In this document: in pieces, positions 51,201-61,800 of the stretch | How positions within the stretch are numbered: position 1 is the first letter of the stretch | How the letters are laid out: each line of letters begins with the position of its first letter | Assembly (NCBI GenBank): GCA_963924565.1 | Contig: OZ004611.1 | Span: 27,342,001-27,406,000 of the forward strand | DNA length: 64,000 nucleotides | Source: Ascidiella aspersa | Taxonomy: Eukaryota | Reading direction: 5' to 3' | Notes under the pieces: model-generated | Seen by the model: only the letters and a program-made list of their open reading frames with translations | The model's database searches: none | Told to the model about the DNA's origin: nothing | Program-made: the position numbers and the translations under genes

Positions 51201-51667
51201 TATAAGACAGATAAGTGTTTGGTAAAAAAAAACGGAAGACATAACTGACAGATATACCTAGACTACCAAAACGTTTGCAGAATTGTTTGCTTCTTCAAAA
51301 AATTAAAGTATCTTGTTTTTACGAACTATGAAGTACTTCAAATTTCATAGTGCTTCTTTCACAGCTAACTTTAGAATTGCAAAACTGTCTTATAAATTGT
51401 GGTTAAAACACCGGCTATTTAACGACTATGACAAGTTTTTTTTTTTGAAAAAACGATCCTGTTTTATGCAAGGTTTGATTCTCATGGCCTCCCTATCCCC
51501 TTGCCCCAAATAAATAAGTGCAACATAATTAGCTGCATGTGGTTTGGTTTATCCAGACCAACTAAAATAACTGATAAAACAGCTTACTAACCTGCGGCCG
51601 TATCTATTGCGTAGGAATATGGCAAAACAGCAGCAAGCGCCGTCAAAGCAATATAACAAACATTCAT
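45243..51667 (-). CDS. EGF-cluster gene B: paralogue of gene A, 6 exons, ~249 aa
   Basis: Exons: 51667-51592 ([25 protein letters not shown]); 50957-50808; 48510-48346 (EGF, GC donor); 46932-46810 ([29 protein letters not shown]..); 46277-46152 ([28 protein letters not shown]..); 45352-45243 ([36 protein letters not shown]). All phase 1; total 750 nt, open. Exon 2, 3 and 4 lengths (150, 165, 123) are identical to gene A. Confidence 0.85.
47469..47912. mobile_element. hAT MITE
   Basis: Termini CAGTGTGGTCCAACT / AGTTGGACCACGCTG; subterminal GGCCCGC repeats; perfect TSD ACATAGTC. Confidence 0.9.
49980..50687. mobile_element. hAT MITE
   Basis: Termini CAGTGGTTCCCAACC / GGTTGAAAATCACTG; subterminal GTCGCGACCCC motifs; perfect TSD CTTTAGCA. 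Confidence 0.88.
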
Positions 51668-52948
51668 TGTTTTCTTCTTTCTGTCCAGAAAACTAATAGA
51701 TTGCCCTCAGAATGACTGAAAACTAAATACAATCAGATCTATTTGATGCGAAGCTGCTGTTAATCGAGAAAGCAGTACCACCTCGCTGCAGTAACTGGAT
51801 ACCGATGCTGAAATCAAATCCAACTAAACACAAAAGCCAACAAATGCGTTAATGTAAGGTCGATAACACGTACATTGAAACAAGTTTGACTGCTGCAGAC
51901 GCTCGGTAAAGTTGTTGACAAAAAGCCCTTTTTCTCCGAAGCTACAGTTGTTGTTTGAAAGACTAAGAAACTTTGTTGATCCTATACCACGAACATTAAA
52001 TCACGTTCGGGTAGGCTACAAGATTGGCAATGCATTTTAAAATTCTTTCTCTTTTATAATTGTAATGTTCAGCTTGTTAACAACGATGTGCAGTAATAAG
52101 AATTTTATAGAAGGCAAATTATTTTTTCGCATTAGGTTTTTGGATATTATAAAACCGTTCAAAAAGACGGTGTAGCAAAAATAAAACCAGTTATTAAGAT
52201 GTTGAATTTGCTATTCCACTGATAATTATATTTCTTTTCTTACACCTGCCGTGTAATTGTAATTAGGTAGGCTAAGCGTGTCGGTTTGCAAAACCGCATG
52301 GTTTTTTTGTCTACTTATTTTTAGTAGCCTATCTCTGGTGAAAGCAAATATGCTTTAAACCAGAACTAAATGTGAATAATTTAGCTAGTGTTGTTACCTA
52401 AACTATATCAATTTTTTTGTTAGTAAAGCATACTGCTCAAGTTATTAAAAAAGATTTCTATTTAGGCATAGTAATGTTGTTATTTGATACCAGTACATAT
52501 CGCGATAGTTCCTAGCTAGACAAAACTAGCGTTGATATCCAATGTTGGATATTCCTAATTAAGACGTTATACGGACAGTCAGAATTTGCCGAAGCAAGCA
52601 CAGTGTTTTTGTTTATTTACGACCGAAGCGCTTACCAAAAATCGCCCGGAAATCTGGCTACAAACGAACAACAAACAAACAAGCAAGCAAGAAAATTAGT
52701 CGGCTTTCAGCTTTAAGCGCGCATTTTACATGGGATGAGATGGAAGTACAGCTTGACGAATGAGCACCGCACTTAAACTACGAGGGCAGAACTAAATAAA
52801 CTTGGAAAACGTAAAAAAATTGCCGTAAAACGCTGTTTGTCGTTCCAGGGCTATTCGGAACAAAACGAAATCGCCAAATGTGTTGTCTTTCGGGGAAACG
52901 CAAATATTGGAAGAAATTAAGACGAGTTGGTGCAACTACTATCTATAG

Positions 52949-53469
52949 CAGTGGTTCTCAACCGGGGGTCCATGGACCCCTGGGGGTCCGCAAAACGTTT
53001 TCAGGGGGCCACAAAAAACAAAATATATCTTTGTTAAATTAATTAAAGCTGGGACATGTGCTTAATCACGTTCTTGGTAAGTGATAAAATCACATTGTAA
53101 CATGTTGTAAATCGTATTGAGTATGACGTAACAGTTCGATTGTGATCTAACACAAATAGATTGTAAAATGAACGGCAGCATTACAACAGTTCACATGTAC
53201 TGGACTTTGGTTTAACTTCATGCTATCGTTCGCAAAGATGAACACAACCACGCGTTTCAAGACTTGCTTCGTAGATGCAGCAGCAAAAATCATATTGAAA
53301 TAAACGTGTCATAATAAAGCAATCTGGTGTTTTCTGTTCCTTTACTCAACATACGGTGCCCTTATACGCAGATATAAACGCACATATCACACCAGAAAAT
53401 GTAAGGGGTCCGCGACCATTTGACGGCACCAAAAAGGGGCCACGGGTACAAAAAGGTTGAGAACCACTG
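52949..53469. mobile_element. hAT MITE
   Basis: Perfect 15-bp TIR CAGTGGTTCTCAACC; perfect TSD ATCTATAG. Confidence 0.92.
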
Positions 53470-54230
53470 ATCTATAGGAATGCTTTTGCGTTGACAAATA
53501 CGACTCTTATTTAATGCATAAAGAGTCGAAAGACTTACAACAAACGCAAATGATAGTTTTACAAGTACACTAGAAAAAATCACCGATAGAGCGTCGCGTT
53601 TGCGAGAGGGCGGTACAAAAAGGTATTAAAAAACAGGCAAAATATTGAAGAGAAAAAGAAACGTTTATCTGATAAACAGTCTCGGTCATTTTAAAATAAA
53701 AAGATCTCTTTTTTACGAAAATGTTGTTGTTTATAAAAAAGCAAGGAAATGGCATAACAGACCACGGTGGTAACCAGCATACAAGAAAAAAGTCGTGCTG
53801 TTGTTAATTTAAATTAACTTCAAGTGTATGTAAAGTAACGTACTGCAGTTGTAAATCTTACAGAGTAATAGCGATGATTATGGATGTGCGATAATGTCGG
53901 ATCGTAGCCGGTACTCTATGTAAATTAATAGTATTGGCACTTGTCCGATATTTAGGTGCTATCGGTGCCTTTTCGATACCTAATGTCTGTATTACAACCA
54001 TTTTTGTCTCCAACGTAATGTGTTTTCTACTCGGAAAGTCGCTTAAAATATCGAAACATTTTTCCCAACGCAAAAGAAAAATTTGGCCTCCATAAAAATC
54101 ATTAACATTTTTTATAAAAATTCTATTAACTTTTCTTATAGGACCATATTAAAAACGACGTCATCTAGTATGGTATTGTACTGTTTTTTACCCTAAATGT
54201 AGAGTATCGGTATCGAAAATTAATTATCAG

Positions 54231-54624
54231 TAGGGCAAATATTTTTTGACAAAAAAAATAGGAAATTTTGACCTGAAAATAATTTATTTTGACCTGTTAG
54301 AAATACATTGATTTAAATAACCTAGGCGTCGTTAATCAAGCGTTTTTTATACTGTATATTGCTCTAATAAAGATATAATACGGTTAAAATAACTTTGAAC
54401 TTATATCAAAACTAATTTTTTTTTTGATAAAATGAAAGATAAATTTCAAAATAACCGAACGACCAATTTCAAAAAGCTGACTTTAGTTTTTTTTTAATTT
54501 TGTAAGCGATTTATGTGCAATTTTATTCGATTTCGACTTAAAAAAATTTGACAAATTTTGACCTAACGTGTAAATTTTGACAAAATTTTGACTTTTTTTG
54601 ACAAGTCAAAAAATATTTGCCCTA
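54231..54624. mobile_element. Ac-type hAT MITE nested in the end of an older element (~53879-54641)
   Basis: Perfect 20-bp TIR TAGGGCAAATATTTTTTGAC; perfect TSD ATTATCAG; subterminal TTTTGAC repeats. Confidence 0.9.
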
Positions 54625-54925
54625 ATTATCAGGCATCCCTAACAATGTGCATTACAAATGAGTGGCAACACAATATGATGTCATTTTAAGTTTTGAAAAC
54701 GACGCAAACTATAACAAAGAGATTAACGTTTGGCAAACCATTACAGCGGCATATTGACAGAAGCAGCTTTTGTAACAGATAACTTTTGGAGGAAATTGAG
54801 CCTAAAACGACACTTCTATAAAAGCGTCATGGCAATAAAAGATATTAAAACGGAAATAACTTGGCTGTGCATAAAATGCACGAGGCATTTCACTGCAGAG
54901 TTGTCTCATTTAACTTGAACTACAC

Positions 54926-55242
54926 CATGGGTTCTTAAACTGGGGTCCATGGAGCCCTTGGGGGTCCGTGAACTAGTTTTAGGGGGTCCACAAAGGCCAA
55001 CTTGAAATATTAGTGTATATTTAAGAAGTAATCATTTTTTTAAAGAAAACGATTTGATTAAAAATAAAACGGTTTTGCACTGTATTTAGACTCCATTTCA
55101 TTTTCACATTTTTGGACCGAAATCAGCAGATTTATGAAGTTTATTTGTATTATGACGTATATTTATGACGTTTGTACCGTGGTTCACGCTAGGCCCAAAA
55201 AAATTTTAGGGGTCCGCGGTGAAAATAGTTTAAGAACCCCTG
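54926..55242. mobile_element. hAT MITE, CAGGGGTTCTTAAAC family
   Basis: Termini CATGGGTTCTTAAAC / GTTTAAGAACCCCTG; perfect TSD AACTACAC. Confidence 0.9.
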
Positions 55243-55852
55243 AACTACACAAATTGCGCGGATGCAACAATAAGGCGACGGCAAATGCTGTGCTATAGGT
55301 TGCTTTGCAACCAGAACTAAAAAAAACGTAACATGAGTATTATGTGCGTTGCAAAACAAGCTTGGGCCACAATTGGTAGATTGGGTTTAACATACGTTTC
55401 CGAAACCTTTTCTTACAACTTCTCAGCAGAAACAGGGGCGTTTATTGGGAACTTTTAGGCAAAGGGTTAGTAGGTGTTGAACTTGGGGATTGGAAAATAA
55501 TTTTATAAATTTAATTCCATACAAATCTTAAAAAGCCTACAATTGATATATTTTGTTAAAAAATATTTACGTCATGTTGAATAAAGAGTTATTCCAAACG
55601 TTCAAAATGATACCTACTTTTGTATGGGCATTGATATTCTCATTATATTTACTTTGTTTAATGATCTTTAAACCAATAAAAAAAAGTTTGTCACAATTTT
55701 ATATCTGGCCAGCGAACGCCGGGTTAGAACATTGGCGGTTTCCGAGCAATGAGAACAATGGGGCAAAAAGCGCAAAAAACGTTGCATTGGCCTTAAATAT
55801 AAAGCCTAATAACGATTGTAGAAATTAAATTCTCTCTTCACTGGAAAACCAC

Positions 55853-58800
55853 TCAGCACGTTGAATCGATGAAGGACAGAGACTGAAAAGAAACAATAAT
55901 AATATAAATTTGAATAAACTTCAAGCTCTACAATAATTCCAAAATAGAATACATTTGAAGTTGACTATAACGTTTTAAAATAAAGCTTTAGGGTTATTAT
56001 ATGTTTTATTATACAACTTTCAAGATGGTAACGTTGTGCAGGTTGACGTGGTGTTTAGTATATTCATTTTAAAAATTCGTATATATCATGCTATATATTG
56101 TAATGTGGAAAACAGTGCCTTACAACTTATTTTAGTGTCTAATTCTTTAAAAAAACATAGTAAGCCCACGAAGCCCATGCTTTTTAAACACTCTTTTTTT
56201 AACTAATAATTTTGCTAAATAAGGCTTGCATTTACAAATTTAATCAGAATTGTCTGAATTTCTGCTGTATTAAAAGCCTAAGATATCCGTCATCTAAATT
56301 AATATAAAGTTAAATTTATTTTTATAGCATTTATCGGCCAAAACAACATTGTCTATAGAAAATTTTAGTTGAAATAACGTGACGACCTTTTCATTTCTAA
56401 ACAACAGTGGAGCATCGGTGTAAAAACTCAAATGAAGATAAAAGCGATAAAAACAAAACAAAAAAAAGGCAACAGGAAAAGGGGAAAACGGGAAAACTTT
56501 GCCCTTCTTCAAGTCACTGTTTTCATATGACTTTGACTTGACTATTTTGGGAAAAATGACTTCACTAAGGTCTATAGGACAAATGACTTGGGTTAAATGA
56601 AGTGTTTTCATTAACCATTTATTAAATAAAATTTGGTTATTTGTCCTAATTTTTGCACCTAAAAAAATTGGCTTGCTGTAAATTGCGTTTTTCTTATTTT
56701 TTTAGTTGAGGCATTGTTCATCGACCCGTTAAATCTTGACTTGCTTTAATTATGACTTTACAGGGACTTGATTTGTTAATTACTCAAAAAGACTTGACTT
56801 GGACTTCACCCATTTCAAAATGATTTGCTTACAACACTTCTATTACGTCACAGAGCAGCAATTGTTCACTCACCATGGATTGGTCGAAGGTGTACAGCGG
56901 TTGGTCGTCTTCTTCGATGTCTTCGCCCTCGTTGTCCTCGAGTAACCTCGCGCCCTCGGGTGACCCGCGCAGGTGGAGGTTACTCCGGGTCGTTGAACTT
57001 TGACCCGGCTGATGCTGCGGCTGTTGGTCGGAAGTAGAGCGGCAGCAAACAGAAAATAACCGCGAAACCTGGAAAAAATATGAGGAATTTAAATATTGTG
57101 AGCATGGACTAGGAATTTGGGGCACGAAACTCAAAATAACGCGAAAAAATGTGGAGTAAACCTAGTCCAAGTCATTTTAAGACAGAATCGTGTTCAAGAC
57201 CCAATTTTACAAACCACAAAAAAAGAAATACAAAACAGGAAAACAGTATAGCTTTGGGGTACGTTATAGTAATATAAAAACAAACACAAAAAATTAGATT
57301 TATATATACGAGTATATCGAAACACAACTGTTGTAAATGAAAAAATAGATATTTGAAACGTATAAAATGCTACCTACTTCTGTATGGGCTTTCATATTGT
57401 AACTACATCTAAGCAAGATCTCCAAACATTACTCTTAAAAACAAGCCACTATATTTCACAGAAAGCTGCACAAGGATCAAAAGGCGCGCGCAGAAAAACT
57501 CGTCTCACCATCTCGGCCATTTTGGCCCTCAGGGAAAAGGGGGAAGTCCCTTCTGGGCTCTTCTGTCTTCGGGCGAAGTTGACGAAAACGTCATCCAAGG
57601 TAGTCTGACTCACAGAGTAGTCCTCGATTCCCATCGAGGAGCGATTTTCCTCCAGAAAACGAAAAACGGCCGAGAGTGAGAGCGCCTCCTCTTTTTCCTC
57701 TTGAGTTTCTCCCACTCCTCCCGGAGAGGAGCAGAGCTGGAACGCCACCTTGTGGTAGTGGTGCTCCTTGACTATTGAGTTGGGGAAAGCACCCACGAAG
57801 CGCTCGATCGTCTGTTCGGGCTTGGTGGTTCGAACCTTGGGTTGAAAACACGTTTTTTTTACGCTGTTAGTTTTTTTTCACGTTTCTTTTAATTTTTTTT
57901 TTTTTACACAATTTTAAAATGTTCGAACCTTGGATGAAAAACACGGTTTTTGTTTTGTGTTTGAAGCTTATTTGCTTATAAAGTTCGATTTTTTTTGCCA
58001 AATAAATAATTTTTTGTTACGTTGGTTTCGTTCTGTTTCTTTTTTGTTTACTATCGCGAAAAACACGTGTACAACAAGAAAAATGCAATAAAATAACCTA
58101 AGAAAGCAAACAGTTTATCAGTTTTGCAAAATTGGCTTTCTGATCCAAATTCTTATTATGCATTCTGAGTTTCTTTGTCAACGAAAGTAAACAAATATCG
58201 GATTGGGTTATGTGAACGGGGTAAAAAAAAAGGTTATGTGAAAGAATTACTCAGAATATGGTGATGATGCATTTTGCGCAACTACCAGGGCGGGTTGCGA
58301 AATCGCTCTTTTTAAATCCACCTGCCCTCATATTGATTTTGATAGATAGATACCTAAAACCGTTGTATACAAATTTAGGCTTATGGAACGTGTATTGGTG
58401 TGAGGTAATCGAGTTGAGTTTTTATTAGAGTTGAGCTTTTTTATTTTATTAACATCACAATGACTCGCACAAGTGGATTTATATCTTAATTTGCTACGAA
58501 TGTAAATACATACAAAACAATGTCATTAGAACAGAATAAGTATCCATGTAAGTTAAAAATCATTGTCAAAGTCTAACAATGCAAGTTCTGGTAGTAACAA
58601 ACTGCCGTACTGGACAATTACAACGTGAAGGAAGCATGTGTTCGGTGACCTTTGACCGTAAGTAATAGAACGCTTACACAGTTAAATTCGCCATAAAATA
58701 CTTACACTGAAATTCGCAAGGCTAACAGTCATGAGACAATTAAAAGAGGCAAACGATCTAAATAAAAGCAAAAACCTCACAAATAACTCACAGTGATCAA

Positions 58801-61800
58801 TTAACCGACGCATTTTGTTTGAATACATAGGTGACAAAATTTAACATGCCGAAAAAAAAACGTAAGGACCATTACAATGTAAAGAAACCAGGTGCTCAGT
58901 AAGATTTGGCCGTAAGTAATAGAATGCTTACACAGTTAAATTCGCCATAAAACACTAAACACGGTTTACAGTCGTGGAACAATCTAAAGGAGCAAACTAT
59001 TCGAATAATACCGCCCTAGTATCAGCGAGTACTACCACTTGACATCGCGTGACGACTCCAATCCAAAATTATCGTACACCCCTAACTGTGATATAGCCCC
59101 CCTAAAGCTGCTTTATGACAAACGATTACGGATTTCGTATCATAGGCCCGGAAGTCATCGCAGACTTGACAGATTCGGTTATTCTGCGACGGTTTCCGGT
59201 GTAAAACCAAAGATCTTACAGAGAGCCTCACAAATTACACACAGTTATGTAACCTCGCACCCAGACTCTGTTTTGTCAAAAAACATTTTTGGGATCTTCT
59301 GAGACTTAATTCATGAAGGTCTTCCATAAGGCAAGGTGGGACATTTGCTGTGAATCACTGTTTTAAAGGCTTCAGTAAGCCTTTCAGTAGTAAGAATATC
59401 AAAGTGTGCCGCCGACAACGATTACACCTCCCGTATCATAGTACACCAAAAGCCATTGTAGACTAACCGAATCTGTCGAAATGGCTTTTGGTGCAAAAGC
59501 AAAACCTCACCAACTACTTACAGTGATCATGTATCCGTCGCCGAACTTATTCTTGAGGTGCTGAGCAGGTCCGAAGCACTCCAGCCTTCCATTCACCATT
59601 ATGGCCAGCTTACTGCACAGAATCTCGCACTCCTCCATACTGTGTGACGTCAGAACCACCGCGCGACCCGACTTTGTGACGTCAAGAATCAGGTCCCAGA
59701 GGAAGCGACGCGCGGCGGGGTCCATGCCTGGCGGTGGGTGAAAATGGGGATGAGTTTGGGGGGTATAACGTAGTTATTGCTATAAACAAAGTTCGCGGCG
59801 CTTTCGCTCAACTCGGAGGCGGGGTTTTATTTAAGCAAAAAATAGTTTAATTAGCATTTTATCGGAAAACCTATATTTCGATTTTGATACACACTGTTTG
59901 TAAACAACTTACGTTACAAATTGCATTGTTTCAGTAAAATTTTTTTTTAGCAAATTAAGCAATAAATTGCGATCCAATTCAATAATTGCACTTTGAAAGG
60001 TAAATTAACAACTGGAAAAGATACAATCAATGGCTATTGAGAAAACGATGAGGATTTTTGTCGCACGGTTGCCGGACATTTTATGAATTACATTTAAAGG
60101 CCTTTAAACAAAATTTACACGTTTTCAAAGACCTAAAATTCGATTCCTCAATAGTTTTAATACTTTGAAAGAAAAACAGTATAAATGTGATCGTCAACAC
60201 AGTAACAAATTAAAAAAAATAGTTTTACTAGGGGCACTTTTTAAGCAGGAAAAACAAGTTCCATAAAGAAGGCAAATTAATTTAGAGACTTTGTGGCAAC
60301 CATGCCGTCTCGGTATTCCATTCATAACTAGTTAAATACTGTATATAGTGTTAAACAATAAGGCGCGTCGTTTCGGTTCAAACGTTATTAAAAAGGTTAA
60401 CTCAATGTATTCCGAGTGTTTATAGGGGAAGCAGATTGTACTTTATATTAACCTGCCTGTATACATCAAGCTAAGGATGACTTGAACGTAAAAAAAGATT
60501 GCCGTGTATTTCAATAAAATTCTAAACAACAGCCAATCTAATTTAATTATTGATCAATTTTGTTTCACCATCCCATAAAAATGTGTTCCATTGGGTTTTA
60601 ATATTTATTGTTAAAAAAGATTCTTTCAATAAAAAATAAGATTGATGGTAATTTGAATTTTGGATTTTGTCGTCAGAATAACGACACTCAACGATGCTTT
60701 TTGCAGCAAACCCTGCATCATGTTACAAAGCAACAACCGAAGTACGTGATCTACCTGTGGTTGGTTCGTCCAGCAGAACCAGGGCTGGGTCTCCGATAAG
60801 CGCGATGGCCACTGACAGTTTTCGTCTGTTGCCCCCGCTCAGGTCACCGGCAGGCTTGTCCTGGTGCCTTGTCAAGTCTAGTTTTTCGATCGCCCACCTT
60901 GCAACACGCTGCTCGTCCACGCGAGGAATTCCGCGCAGTCTGAGCGTTAAATGTGTTTTGTTATAAGAACGAAGCATTATTATTTAGATTGGTGGATATA
61001 GGCTAGGGAATGTCTAACCTAGGGGTTCTTAAACTGTTTTTACCGCGGACCCCTAAAATTTTCTTTCATCTAGCGTGGACCACTGAAGGCCAAAAAAAGA
61101 CGTCACAGTACAAATAGACTTCACCAACTTGCTGATTTTGGTCCAAAAATGTGAAAGTGAAATGGAGTCTAAATACATTTAGTTGGAAACCTTTTTATTT
61201 TTAAATAAATTATTTTCTTTAATAAATTGATTACCGCTTAAATATACACTAATGTTTCAATTAGACATTCATGGACCCCATAGAACTAGTTCACGGACCC
61301 CCAAGGGGTCCATGGACCCCAGTTTAAAACCCCCTGGTCTAACCTATGGTAAACTCTAAGAGGAGGATTATACTCTAAGAGGAGGATTATACTCTAAGAG
61401 GAGGATTTCTTACTAAAGAAAAAAAAGAAAAAACGTATTACTGTAATTTATTTCTTTGCTAAGGTAAGTGCAAAACTAACTTACATTTTAGTATTATGTT
61501 CCTGTGTTATCAGTTATTGGTATAAAAATAAAATGACAATGGTTTGATTATTTAAGTAAGTTACAAGATAATGTATTAACTTGCTCAGTGCAATTTATCT
61601 AATTAATGTTTCTTAGCGAAGAAAAACATCTCTGACGTTATATTAAATTCAACACATTCAAGGTTTTCCACTAGCTGGACAAACTAACTCAACAATGAAA
61701 AACCACTGTTTCACAAATTACAGCAACTTTTAAAATCACCCAAGCTCAAAACCTACCTGGCATAGAGCAGCAGGTGTTCCATGGGCGTGAGTTCGTTGAA

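Noticed and set aside
57449-57508. ORF-track ending [19 protein letters not shown] as the ABCA2 C-terminus
   Set aside because: A GTGAGA donor at 57508 splices in frame to 57068, and the downstream exons give the ABCA2-like tail.
60694-60966. 90-aa plus ORF (likewise 61774-61980, 62516-62755, 63540-63969)
   Set aside because: Antisense to ABCA2 exons.
61353-61407. Short regular repeats considered as a CRISPR-like array (also the GACTT blocks)
   Set aside because: No unique spacers, no cas genes, eukaryotic context; simple minisatellite or transposon subterminal motifs.
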